Position numbers and translations under genes: made by a program
Source of the DNA: Alphaproteobacteria bacterium
GTDB lineage: Bacteria; Pseudomonadota; Alphaproteobacteria; CAAGCB01; CAG-977
Assembly: GCA_045587165.1 (NCBI GenBank)
Contig: JAZNBT010000045.1
Coordinates: 1 to 50,925 of the forward strand
DNA: 50,925 nt
Direction: 5' to 3'
Part shown: positions 9,179 through 18,715 of the stretch, in pieces
How positions within the stretch are numbered: position 1 is the stretch's first letter
How the letters are laid out: every line of letters starts with the position of its first letter
The notes under the pieces: model-generated
The model's database searches: none
What the model was told of the DNA's origin: nothing
What the model saw: the letters and a program-made list of their open reading frames with translations, nothing else

Positions 9179-11671
9179 ATGTCTAAACTTTTTTCAACGC
9201 TTGTAAGTTATGCTCTGTTTTTAGGGATTTTGGGATTAATTATTCTTTTGCTGATTTTTTCACACTATGGCAAAAGCGTTGACGATTATCATCGGCTGGC
9301 GACTTACGAACCGCCGATCACCAGCCGCCTTTACGCATCGGACGGTCGGTTATTGGCCGAATACGCTGCGGAAAAAAGAGCCTTCGTCCCCTATGAAACC
9401 ATTCCCAAGCAATTGGTTCAAGCCTTTATGTCGGCGGAAGATAAAAAGTTTTTTTCGCATGGCGGCGTTGATTTTGTCGGTATTGTCCGCGCCATATTTC
9501 AAAACATCAGAAACATCGGTTCCGGCCGCAGAATGATCGGCGCGTCGACAATTACGCAACAGGTTGCCAAAAACTTTTTGCTGACAAACGAAATGTCCTT
9601 TGAACGCAAAATCAAGGAAGCCATTCTGGCAATCCGTATCGAACGGGCGTTTTCCAAAGAATACATTATGGAATTGTATTTAAACCAAATTTATTTGGGG
9701 CATTATTCCTACGGCGTAGCGGCGGCGGCATTAAACTATTTCAACAAATCTCTGGACGAATTAACGATTGCGGAAAGCGCTTTTCTGGCCGCTTTGCCCA
9801 AAGGTCCGAACAATTATGATCCGGAAAAGCGTTATGATGAAGCCATAGCGCGCCGAAACTGGGTATTGTCCCGTATGTCGGACGACGGCCACATTACCGA
9901 GGAACAAGCAAAATCCGCGATGGAAGAACCGATCACTCTGGCATCTCGTCCGGAAAAAGAAAAAGCGGCGGATGCAGAATACTTTGCAGAAGAGGTTCGT
10001 CGTTTTTTAGTATCCCGTTATGGTGAGGACGCTTTATATGAAGGCGGACTGGTCGTTCGTACAACCGTAGATCCGGAAATGCAGAAATATGCGACGCAAG
10101 CTTTGCGCAACGGATTGATTTTTTATGATCAGCGGCACGGTTTCCGTGAACCGATCGCCAAAGTCGATCTGTCCGAAGAAGAATGGTTGGACGTTTTATT
10201 ATCCGTTCAAACGCCTAACTATGCTCCGGAAAGTTGGACGCCTGCCGTTGTTTTAAACGTTGATAAGGACAAGGCCGAAATCGGTTTGAAAACGAGAATG
10301 ACGGGAACCATTCCGTTGGAAGAAATGAAATGGGCGCGTAAGAACATGCCCGATCAAACATTAGGCCCCGAAATCAAACAAGCGGATCAGGTTTTAAATG
10401 TCGGTGACGTTGTTTGGACGGAACCGGTGACGCAAAACGCCAAAAAACAGAAATACCCTGAAAACACTTACGCTTTGCGTCAAATTCCCGATGTGGAAGG
10501 AGCCATGATCGTTTTGGATCCGCATACGGGGCGCGTTTTGGCCATGGTCGGCGGATATTCGTTTAAACGCTCTCAATTCAACCGAGCCGTTCAGGCCAAA
10601 CGCCAACCGGGATCATCTTTTAAGCCGTTTGTTTATTTGGCGGCTCTGGACGAAGGATTTACGCCGTCTTCATTGATTTTGGACGCGCCGTTCGTCATGG
10701 AACAGGGACACGGCATGGGCAAATGGAAACCTCAAAACATTTCCAAACGTTTTTACGGCCCGACGACGATGCGTGTCGGCATTGAAAAGTCCCGAAATTT
10801 GATGACCGTCCGTTTAGCCAAGGCCATCGGCATTAAAAAAGTCGTCGAGTATGCCAAAAAATTCGGCATTTCAGACGATATTCCCGAACAAATGTCAATA
10901 GCGTTGGGATCCGGCGAAACAAGCGTTTTGAAACTGGCTACGGCATACGGCATGTTGGTGAACGGCGGGAAAAAGATCGAACCGATATTGATCGACCGTA
11001 TTCAAGACAGAACCGGCATAACCGTTTACAATTCGGATTCCAGACCGTGCGGAAACTGCCGGACGGAAAACGGCTGGAGCGGTGAAAACGCCCCTCAAAT
11101 TCCGGATATTCGCGAACAAATCGAAGATCCGCGCAGCGCTTATCAAATGATCAACATTCTGACAGGTGTTCTGGCTCCGGGAGGAAGCGCCCAGTCTTTG
11201 CGTTCTTTGGGGCGAACATTTGCGGGCAAGACAGGAACGTCAAACAACAGTGTCGACGGTTGGTTTGTAGGTTTGACGCCGGACTTGGTCGCGGCCATAT
11301 TCATAGGCTTTGACGAACCCAGAACGCTTGGGGCTCATGACACGGGCGGTGTCGTAACGACGCCCGTTTTCCGTGAATTTGTCCGTACGGCATTAAAGGA
11401 TCAACCGTTGATTCCCTTCCGTGTACCGGCGGGAATCCGTTTTGTCCGCGTCAACCATAAAACGGGCAAACCGGCATCGCCCAAGGATAAAGATATCGTT
11501 ATGGAAGCCTTTAAAGCCGGCGAAAACTGGCAAGGTAAAATCAAAGGTTTCATTGACGGTTCCGATGAAGAAACCGTACTGCCGCAAACGCAGGATCAAC
11601 CGGCGCAACCGGAAATCAGCCAAGCCGAAGAAGAGGACGACAACATCCCCGGCATCGGCGGCATATTCTAA
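9179..11671 (+). CDS. mrcA: Penicillin-binding protein 1A (bifunctional glycosyltransferase/transpeptidase)
   Basis: 830 aa with an N-terminal TM anchor. GT51 motifs are AEDKKFFSHGG, GASTITQQ and RKIKE. Transpeptidase motifs are SSFKP, SRN and KTGTSNN. Confidence 0.92.
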   Translation: MSKLFSTLVSYALFLGILGLIILLLIFSHYGKSVDDYHRLATYEPPITSRLYASDGRLLAEYAAEKRAFVPYETIPKQLVQAFMSAEDKKFFSHGGVDFVGIVRAIFQNIRNIGSGRRMIGASTITQQVAKNFLLTNEMSFERKIKEAILAIRIERAFSKEYIMELYLNQIYLGHYSYGVAAAALNYFNKSLDELTIAESAFLAALPKGPNNYDPEKRYDEAIARRNWVLSRMSDDGHITEEQAKSAMEEPITLASRPEKEKAADAEYFAEEVRRFLVSRYGEDALYEGGLVVRTTVDPEMQKYATQALRNGLIFYDQRHGFREPIAKVDLSEEEWLDVLLSVQTPNYAPESWTPAVVLNVDKDKAEIGLKTRMTGTIPLEEMKWARKNMPDQTLGPEIKQADQVLNVGDVVWTEPVTQNAKKQKYPENTYALRQIPDVEGAMIVLDPHTGRVLAMVGGYSFKRSQFNRAVQAKRQPGSSFKPFVYLAALDEGFTPSSLILDAPFVMEQGHGMGKWKPQNISKRFYGPTTMRVGIEKSRNLMTVRLAKAIGIKKVVEYAKKFGISDDIPEQMSIALGSGETSVLKLATAYGMLVNGGKKIEPILIDRIQDRTGITVYNSDSRPCGNCRTENGWSGENAPQIPDIREQIEDPRSAYQMINILTGVLAPGGSAQSLRSLGRTFAGKTGTSNNSVDGWFVGLTPDLVAAIFIGFDEPRTLGAHDTGGVVTTPVFREFVRTALKDQPLIPFRVPAGIRFVRVNHKTGKPASPKDKDIVMEAFKAGENWQGKIKGFIDGSDEETVLPQTQDQPAQPEISQAEEEDDNIPGIGGIF

Positions 11672-11686
11672 ACAGGAACGAAAGAA

Positions 11687-12794
11687 ATGAAAGCAGAATT
11701 ACAGGCCATTATCAATGACATCGAGCAGTCCCTCACACTGCTGAGGAGGCATCTTTGACTGGGACAACGCCCTTAACCGTTTAGACGAAATCAACTCCTT
11801 AACGGCGGACGCCGATTTATGGAATGATCCTGCGCGGGCGCAGTCTTTGTTGTCCGAACGCAACCGTTTGGAAGAATCCATTCAAACGTTCACCGCCCAA
11901 CAACAAGAACTGAAAGACACTGTCGAATTGTTGGAATTGGCCGAAATCGAAAACGATCAAGCCGTTCTGGACGAAGGAAAGGACGCGTTGGAAAACTTGC
12001 GTCGTCAGGTTCAAAAAAGCGAATTGGAAGCGTTGCTTTGCGGCGAAGCGGACAGTAATGACACCTTTTTGGAATCGCACGCGGGCGCCGGCGGCACCGA
12101 AGCGCAGGATTGGGCGGACATTTTGTTGCGCATGTATACCCGTTGGGCGGAAAAGCGTAATTACAAAGTCGAACTTTTGGAACAAAGCGACGGCGAAGAA
12201 GCGGGCATAAAATCCGCGGTCATCCGGATCAGCGGACATAACGCGTTCGGTTGGCTGAAAACGGAAAGCGGCGTTCACCGTCTGGTACGGATTTCCCCGT
12301 TTGACGCGAATGCCAGACGACATACCAGCTTTGCTTCGGCTTGGGTTTATCCTGTGATTGACGACACGATTCAGATCGACATCAATCCGGCGGATTGTAA
12401 AATCGACACGTATAGGGCTTCCGGCGCGGGGGGACAGCACGTCAATAAAACGGAATCCGCCGTTCGCATCACCCATTTGCCGACGGGAATTGTTGTTTCC
12501 TGCCAAACGCAGCGTTCTCAATTTCAAAATCGGGAAACTGCGTGGAACATGTTGCGCGCCCGTTTATACGAACAGGAATTGAAAAAACGCGAAGAACAAA
12601 GTTCCCAAATTGAAGATTCCAAATCCGAAATCGGATGGGGCTATCAGATCAGATCTTATGTATTGCAGCCGTATCAAATGGTCAAAGACCTGCGTACGCA
12701 GGTGGAGACGTCTAACGTTCGCGCGGTTTTGGACGGGGAAATCGATTTGTTTTTAGAAGCGTCTCTGGCCTCAAAAATCAAAGGAATGTCATGA
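11687..12794 (+). CDS. prfB: Peptide chain release factor 2, requires programmed +1 frameshift at 11753-11759
   Basis: Frame 0 (ATG 11687) reads MKAELQAIINDIEQSLTLLRRHL then TGA at 11756. Shifting +1 on CTT-T-GAC continues DWDNALNRLDEINS... into the 11847 ORF. SPF and GGQ motifs are present (RISPFD, SGAGGQHVNK). Confidence 0.92.
11744..11759 (+). promoter_or_regulatory. RF2 autoregulatory +1 frameshift site (internal SD AGGAGG + CTT TGA C)
   Basis: AGGAGGCATCTTTGAC: an SD-like element 3 nt upstream of the slippery CTT, followed by an in-frame TGA and C. This is the canonical prfB recoding signal. Confidence 0.9.
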
Positions 12795-13519
12795 AAAGAA
12801 TCTGCCTGTTTTTCTGTTTTTTGCTGACGTGCGGATGCATGCGGCCGATGTATGAAACGGACTATCCTTTATATCGACAATACAAATACTGGGAATCCGC
12901 CGACAAGGACTGGCAAAGCATTGATTATTTTCAAATACAGACTTTCAGGACGCAGTTCGGGAAAAAAACGGCGTTGCGTTTAGTTCCGCAGCGCGACGGT
13001 TTGCCGTCGACGCAGGACGGATATATTCAAGCGGCGCAAAAGGCCGCTTTCAATCTGATGACACAAATTTGCGATACGGCGACGCCCGCTCCCGATCAAG
13101 CTCAGGCGCCGGAAAACGGACGTACGATCGATCGATTCTTTTATCAATACGCAGACGCATCCGTCGGCATCACTTTTTCCTGCCGTTCTGGAACGCCCAA
13201 AGGATCGGATTTGGCCGCCGAACAGAAAAAATGGTCTTTGGCGGACAGACGATGGGACAGCGTTAACGGGCATCAGGCGTTTGTCGACACGTTGCCGGCG
13301 AGCGCAGACGGTCATCAACAAATCAGGATTCGCCTGTTCGGCGGAACCGTATCGGACAACAAACGTCTGGCACGCCGAGTGATCAAAGACATATGCCCGA
13401 ACACCAATTTCAGGGTATTATCCGACAAAGCGGGGTTTGATATCGTCCCGTCGGGGAAAAAGCCGGAAGTTGTTTCAGATGAGAATGTCAGGATTTATGA
13501 TTTCACTTGCGCACCTTAG
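12791..13519 (+). CDS. Hypothetical lipoprotein with an apparent internal two-fold duplication
   Basis: ATGA overlap with the prfB stop. Signal peptide MKRICLFFCFLLTCGC. The repeated pattern W-x2-AD-x2-W-x-S ... IC-x-T occurs twice. No family recognised. Confidence 0.6.
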   Translation: MKRICLFFCFLLTCGCMRPMYETDYPLYRQYKYWESADKDWQSIDYFQIQTFRTQFGKKTALRLVPQRDGLPSTQDGYIQAAQKAAFNLMTQICDTATPAPDQAQAPENGRTIDRFFYQYADASVGITFSCRSGTPKGSDLAAEQKKWSLADRRWDSVNGHQAFVDTLPASADGHQQIRIRLFGGTVSDNKRLARRVIKDICPNTNFRVLSDKAGFDIVPSGKKPEVVSDENVRIYDFTCAP

Positions 13520-13526
13520 GACTAAA

Positions 13527-14363
13527 ATGCCGGTTTTAATGCAAATCATCATCGGATTGATCATACTTTACGCATTGGCTTGCGCGATGATTTTCGTTTT
13601 TCAGCGTCGGCTGATGTATCATCCGCATTTTCACGTCAACACGCCGCACCGTGATAAAACGCCCGATTTGGAAACGGTCAAGTTACAGACAAAAGACGGA
13701 TTGGAATTGGTTTCTTATTACAAAGCGCCGCGTGTGAAACCGGACGGCGGGTTATATCCGACCGTTCTTTATTTGCACGGCAACACGGGTCCTGCGGGGG
13801 ATGCCGCCCACAAACTGATACCGATCGTTGATGCGGGATACGGTGTTTTGCTGTTGGAATACCGCGGATTCGGGCCTAATTCCGGCAAGCCGACGGAGAA
13901 GGGATTGATTGATGACGCCGAAGCCGGTCTGCGTTTCATTCATTTAAAACAAGGGACGGCGGCCGAAGTCGTGTACTACGGCATGTCCATGGGGACGGGT
14001 GTTGCGAACGGATTGGCGGAAAGGCATGCGCCGTCCGCAATGATTTTGGAATGTGGCTTTACATCCATGACGGATGCGGCGAGCCATCATTATTTTATGT
14101 TTCCGGTTCGATATATGATCAAAGACACCTTTGATTCCAAGCGCCGGATTCAATCGCTGCGATCGCCGTTATTGGTATTGCACGGGGAAAGGGACCGGAC
14201 GGTCCCTGTCGATCAAGGCAAAGAAATGTTTGCGACGGCGCCCGTTGCGGATAAGACGTTACGGCTGTATCCGGATGCGTCGCACGTTAATTTGTATGAT
14301 TTCGGGGCAAGTGACGATATCGTGGAATGGCTGAACGACCGTTTTTTTACCGTGAGCATGTAA
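13527..14363 (+). CDS. Alpha/beta hydrolase (BAAT/DLH-like serine hydrolase), N-terminal membrane anchor
   Basis: ATG 13527 lies just after the upstream stop. TM helix MPVLMQIIIGLIILYALACAMIFVF. HGNTG oxyanion region, nucleophile elbow GMSMG, then LHGERD and a C-terminal His. Confidence 0.8.
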   Translation: MPVLMQIIIGLIILYALACAMIFVFQRRLMYHPHFHVNTPHRDKTPDLETVKLQTKDGLELVSYYKAPRVKPDGGLYPTVLYLHGNTGPAGDAAHKLIPIVDAGYGVLLLEYRGFGPNSGKPTEKGLIDDAEAGLRFIHLKQGTAAEVVYYGMSMGTGVANGLAERHAPSAMILECGFTSMTDAASHHYFMFPVRYMIKDTFDSKRRIQSLRSPLLVLHGERDRTVPVDQGKEMFATAPVADKTLRLYPDASHVNLYDFGASDDIVEWLNDRFFTVSM

Positions 14364-14438
14364 AAAACAGATTGCACCGTCGCGAAAAAGTCATCATATT
14401 AATGACTGCGGTTCCGTCTCGCCTTTGTTTGATTTAAT

Positions 14439-14486
14439 AAAAAAACTCCCCCGTTTATAAGAAACCGAAGCATCTTTAAGGGGGAG
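14439..14486 (-). terminator. Putative rho-independent terminator of the pilV-like operon
   Basis: On the minus strand: CTCCCCC ... GGGGGAG followed by TTTTTTT. The loop is long (27 nt), so support is only moderate. Confidence 0.45.
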
Positions 14487-14601
14487 AAGCGAATCACCTG
14501 TCCGGAAAAAGGAACGACCTTGACAGGCTCGGCAGGGCGGGGACGGAACCGGTTTATCGTTATATTTATCCGCCCTGTTTTAAAAAATTCATATCAAAGC
14601 G

Positions 14602-15426
14602 TTACGACCCCGCGAATTTCACAGCCGGACATACCTCTGCCGACGATCCGGCGGCCAGATTTTCCCCCGGCCCCAAACCTGCGACCAAAGACAGCGCGAC
14701 GATATAACTTTTGCTTTGCAAATTATCGCCCAAAACAGATGTGACCTCATCATTCAGCGGAAAATTACACGTAATGTAATTGGGGATATACACGCTGTTG
14801 ACCGGAGCGACCCCGCTGGACAAGATATAATAGGACGCCCCCAACGGCTGATGCTGTGTCGCCGCCGTTCCCGCAAAGGGGGCTACGTCTTTTTGCAGCA
14901 TGCCGACGAATCTGGATTTTCCCGTTGCTTCGGAAACTTGGCGCAAGGCGGTCATTTTATCCGCCCCGTCGTATCTGGCGGGAATGGCGCGCAGAGTGAC
15001 AATGTATTTGACAACGGCCGAATTATTACAGCGGACACTTGCCGCCGCCTGATTTTTATCCACACAGAACAGATAACTTCTGGTTCCGTTCTGGGGTTTG
15101 TATGTATTGGGTATCCGTCCCTGAATGTACGGGAAAACCGTATTGGCGGCTCCACTCAGTCCGACACCGGAAATGGTATTGTTCGTAACGGTTGCCAACG
15201 GCACGATCCCGTCCGTCGCGGCGTTAAAATATGTGTTTGCCGTTTCCGGAGCCAAACGCATAATATCCAAATACCCGTACTGTACGGCGACATGCTGTTG
15301 ATACATGCTGAGCGCCATCGCCTGATATACCGGCGCAACGAAGTTTTCCTGAGGTTTCGTCTGTTCGCGCAGATTGCCGAACATTATCACCCCCATTAAC
15401 GAGGCCAACATCATCCAGAAAAACAT
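14602..15426 (-). CDS. Membrane-anchored hypothetical protein co-transcribed with the giant pilin-like gene (possible PilM-like accessory)
   Basis: 274 aa. AGGAGGA Shine-Dalgarno 7 nt upstream of the ATG, which lies 37 nt after the upstream stop. Single N-terminal TM (MFFWMMLASLMGVIMFG) and 4 Cys. No family confidently recognised. Confidence 0.7.
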   Translation of the reverse strand: MFFWMMLASLMGVIMFGNLREQTKPQENFVAPVYQAMALSMYQQHVAVQYGYLDIMRLAPETANTYFNAATDGIVPLATVTNNTISGVGLSGAANTVFPYIQGRIPNTYKPQNGTRSYLFCVDKNQAAASVRCNNSAVVKYIVTLRAIPARYDGADKMTALRQVSEATGKSRFVGMLQKDVAPFAGTAATQHQPLGASYYILSSGVAPVNSVYIPNYITCNFPLNDEVTSVLGDNLQSKSYIVALSLVAGLGPGENLAAGSSAEVCPAVKFAGS

Positions 15427-15463
15427 GGCGATTTCCTCCTTTTACTTCATTGCGCCCGCAAAA

Positions 15464-18400
15464 TTACAGATCCGGATTTTCCGCCGTATGGATCATTTTT
15501 CCGCCCAAGCCCAAGTCATCATCCTTGAGGACCATATTCGGCATTGTGAATCTTGCCGGATTAAAATAGCAATACGTATGGGCGATGGCCGACCAACTGT
15601 TTGCGGGAACGCCGCCGACGTTCCAGATATACCCGTCCGTATTGATTTTGGTACTGGCCGCAGTCACCGTCCCCATGGCGATTCTCCAACCGAGAACACT
15701 GGTACCCGACATAACGGGTTCGACCACCATTCCCAATTTGGTTCCCTGCTGCATGATACCGGTTACGCTTGTGATATTTTCGTCGGCATAATTTTGCCAT
15801 CCTGGGTTATATCGGACATAGGCCGTATTCGGTTTTTTGTCTGCCACGAACTGAAGCTTGCCCAATTCAAAAACAGTCGGCGTAACTGTAATGACCGCCT
15901 GATACCCGTCGGGACAATAACCTTCGTCAAAAGCGGCAAGAGAGCCTGCGCCTGAAAGATCAGAAGAACCCCCTATAAGAGTACCATCACTTGCCTGAAT
16001 CTTTCTTCCCGGCGCGGGGACTATCCCCATAAACGGATGCGCCCAACAAAATTTCCCTTCCGGACATTCCATATAAGAAGCTGCGTAATGAGAAAACTCT
16101 ACGTATTTCTGGGTTGCTGCCGCATATTCGACCGTTCCGTCATCGCCGTCACAAGATCCGCCACCGGCCACTATGGGGTGTTTTCCTTGGTCCAATCCGC
16201 CCGCGCCGCAGTGAAAATCCCAACCGCCGTTGGTTAATCCCAAAGCGTTCATTGAATAATACGGAACTCGATAGGTACAGTTATCCTGTTCTCTCTTTAC
16301 GTCCGAGGTATAGGGATAATTTAAAGGATCCGAAGGACCTCGGCAAGGCCAATGACCCGACCCGTAGCTGTTTGACAGTTCATAAATCCCCTTCAGGATA
16401 TAGTTCGGCAACGCTTCGCTTAATCTGGCGCCGCCGCGCGATGTCAGTTTGATGTCGTTCATAACGGACGTATAGGACGGGTCGAGAAGGTAATTTCTGA
16501 GTTTAGACCCCCCGTCGTTATTATCAGCTTGATGAACGTTATACGGTCTTATGCCGTTGTCTGCGGATGTATCTATCCCTACAGCAGCATCGGAGGCAGT
16601 GATGTCGCCCGACGACTCCGTTGTTTCCCCTGTTTCCCCGTTGACGTTTAGTTTTGCCCGAGAGCTGTACCGACTGCCCAGATAAGCAAACGTCTTTCTT
16701 GGGGAAGTACCACCTGTCTGAAGGGTTTTATTGACAACGCTCATTTGAACTATGCCGCCGTCGCCCTTCAACGAATCCGCCAATATCTGAATATTGGAAT
16801 GCGTACCGCCAGACGTGTCATAAGACCCTATATTTAAAGTATACGCGGTATTGGTCAATTGAAATGATGATTTACTTACTCCGTTATTGTAAACATTGGC
16901 GAGCACTGCCGTTTCAGATGCATACACCCCAGCTCTGGAACCTAATGATCCCTGCGGCATAAAATTCGAACTTGACGGGGTGCCGTCGGCGCTACCCGTT
17001 TCCATCCCTACATAGCTGCCCTGATTCACAAAGAACGCTCCCGTCCTGGTAGCAAGAGTAATGTACTCGCCATTCATATGCAACGCCGATCGGGATGAGC
17101 CGGTTGTGTGTGTTTGCAAAAGTAAGGATTGATTCCCGACCAAAGTCGCTCTGCTCTTGTCAAGCTGCAAATGAGTAGGAGCATCAAGGTCGGTGCCAAT
17201 CTCTTCCTCCGTATTCAGAGCATAACCCGCCGCCAATCTGACGGTCTCTCCGGCGGAAACATCAACATGACCATAATCCGACACCGTAGAATTCAAAACG
17301 ATATGAGATCCGGACTCCGCCATAATACCACCACCTGTGCCATCGGCGCCGATGGCTGTCATTTCAATGAATTTCGTTTCAACATCAAAACTAGTCCCCG
17401 CATTTACAACAAATAGCTCATCCGCATACGTCTGGATACTGTGTGCGGAATCCAGATAAATATCCGAAGTTGCTTCGTTAGAGATAAGCTCAATACCATT
17501 CTTTGACACGGTCACAATAGCGTTAGTGTAGTTGCTGTTCCCCGCCTCTCCGGCCCCTATGACCACAGAGCCGTTCATTATATTCATCCCTGCCACAGCT
17601 CCGCTGTTTGCCTGTTGATACAGGTCGGTGTTCCAAGCCGTCAGGTTCAGAAAAGATCCTTCGGTTGCGTTCGGACCGGCATAAAGCTGAACCAAGGTAG
17701 ACGTATTTATATGGGAACTGTCCGTCGCCAACGCGATTTTCGCGTATGTATTTCCGGACGAAAGTCCCTGATCATCATTCGTATTTTGGGATCGGATCAG
17801 GATTTTACCCCCGATGACTTCCAATCCGCCGGCGTTGTTGATTTTATGGCACCCGTTTCCGGAACAGTTCGTGGCACCGCCCATGTCCAAATCCGTAAAC
17901 ATGGAATTGGCGTCCGGCAAACCGTCCACCTGTTTTCTGTAAAGGAAATCGCCCGAAAAACCCGAAGAATAAATCGTCGTCGCCGCAACCCTGCCGCCCT
18001 TTGTCGTATCGATCGCATTCCCGAAATAATTGGTCGTGTCCCCTTCCCAAATCCCTTGAGCGCCCATGATTTTCTGCATTTCGGCTCCGGCAGCGTTCGC
18101 ATACAAAGAGTTAACCAGATTGGCCGTCCGCATGTACCCGCCGTCCGCACCGATCATCGTCGCGATACGCGCCGCCCGTTTGTCGTCGATTTCATCATTC
18201 GATTTAGACAGGACAACCCCCGTCATTTTATAACGCGAACATTTCGAATTCGCCGGATTGGTGGGAACGGCCGTCCCGTTGGTCATGGAATAACATCCGC
18301 TGGCTATCGTACACGGATTACCGTCATTGCGCGCAACCTCCGTACACTGGGCGCGAACACCGACATCAAAATCGTCCATCAGCTTGTTGCCGCGAAATGC

Positions 18401-18715
18401 ATTACCCTCCAAATGCGACGCCGGCAGATAAGGCGCCAACATCTCCGCATTGACGGTAAAATGCGTGTCCGTCAGATTACCGGTCGCAAATTCGTTCGCC
18501 TTGGAACGGTAGTTCGCTTCGATCCAGTTGCTCAACGCTTCCTTTAATTCCGTCATCTGTCCGGCAATGGTCACTTCCTCCATTTCGGAAGTACGTTCCG
18601 CCGTTTGACGCACAATCATCGGCGACATCATGGTCATCAAACCCAACAGCGCTATCGCTTCAATCATCAACGCGCCGCGTTCATTGCTTTGTTCGTTATT
18701 CCGGTGCGTAAACAT
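15464..18715 (-). CDS. Giant type IV pilin-like protein: prepilin-type leader plus PilV/shufflon-N-like domain plus about 800 aa of unrecognised extension
   Basis: 1083 aa. AGGAGGG Shine-Dalgarno upstream of the ATG. The leader NERG|ALMIEAIALLGLMTMMSP has Gly at -1, Glu at +5 and a hydrophobic helix. The motif DFLYRKQVDGLPDANSMFTDLDMGG...KINNAGG resembles the conserved block of R64-type PilV as I recall it. Residues 290-790 are Cys-free and G/S/T/N-rich. The C-terminal domain has 8 Cys. Confidence 0.75.
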   Translation of the reverse strand: MFTHRNNEQSNERGALMIEAIALLGLMTMMSPMIVRQTAERTSEMEEVTIAGQMTELKEALSNWIEANYRSKANEFATGNLTDTHFTVNAEMLAPYLPASHLEGNAFRGNKLMDDFDVGVRAQCTEVARNDGNPCTIASGCYSMTNGTAVPTNPANSKCSRYKMTGVVLSKSNDEIDDKRAARIATMIGADGGYMRTANLVNSLYANAAGAEMQKIMGAQGIWEGDTTNYFGNAIDTTKGGRVAATTIYSSGFSGDFLYRKQVDGLPDANSMFTDLDMGGATNCSGNGCHKINNAGGLEVIGGKILIRSQNTNDDQGLSSGNTYAKIALATDSSHINTSTLVQLYAGPNATEGSFLNLTAWNTDLYQQANSGAVAGMNIMNGSVVIGAGEAGNSNYTNAIVTVSKNGIELISNEATSDIYLDSAHSIQTYADELFVVNAGTSFDVETKFIEMTAIGADGTGGGIMAESGSHIVLNSTVSDYGHVDVSAGETVRLAAGYALNTEEEIGTDLDAPTHLQLDKSRATLVGNQSLLLQTHTTGSSRSALHMNGEYITLATRTGAFFVNQGSYVGMETGSADGTPSSSNFMPQGSLGSRAGVYASETAVLANVYNNGVSKSSFQLTNTAYTLNIGSYDTSGGTHSNIQILADSLKGDGGIVQMSVVNKTLQTGGTSPRKTFAYLGSRYSSRAKLNVNGETGETTESSGDITASDAAVGIDTSADNGIRPYNVHQADNNDGGSKLRNYLLDPSYTSVMNDIKLTSRGGARLSEALPNYILKGIYELSNSYGSGHWPCRGPSDPLNYPYTSDVKREQDNCTYRVPYYSMNALGLTNGGWDFHCGAGGLDQGKHPIVAGGGSCDGDDGTVEYAAATQKYVEFSHYAASYMECPEGKFCWAHPFMGIVPAPGRKIQASDGTLIGGSSDLSGAGSLAAFDEGYCPDGYQAVITVTPTVFELGKLQFVADKKPNTAYVRYNPGWQNYADENITSVTGIMQQGTKLGMVVEPVMSGTSVLGWRIAMGTVTAASTKINTDGYIWNVGGVPANSWSAIAHTYCYFNPARFTMPNMVLKDDDLGLGGKMIHTAENPDL

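Noticed and set aside
11817-12527. 236-aa minus-strand ORF opposite prfB, plus similar long antisense ORFs at 538..1188, 6417..6920, 30450..31067 and 50090..50659
   Set aside because: Each lies opposite a gene with unambiguous family motifs (RF2, H+-PPase, RNase E, DUF218/FtsX, RND pump). None shows motifs or initiation signals of its own.
17615-18547. 310-aa plus-strand ORF (and 14716..15399, 15374..15955) antisense to the pilin-like operon
   Set aside because: These are Arg/Ile/Gly-rich, low-complexity translations with no Shine-Dalgarno. They lie wholly inside much longer minus-strand ORFs that have strong SD sites and recognisable motifs, so they are typical shadow ORFs.
15464-18715. Possibility of a shufflon (invertible C-terminal segments) in the PilV-like gene
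   Set aside because: No rci-type recombinase gene, no alternative C-terminal cassettes and no obvious 19-bp inverted sfx-like repeats were seen downstream. It cannot be fully excluded without a computational repeat search.
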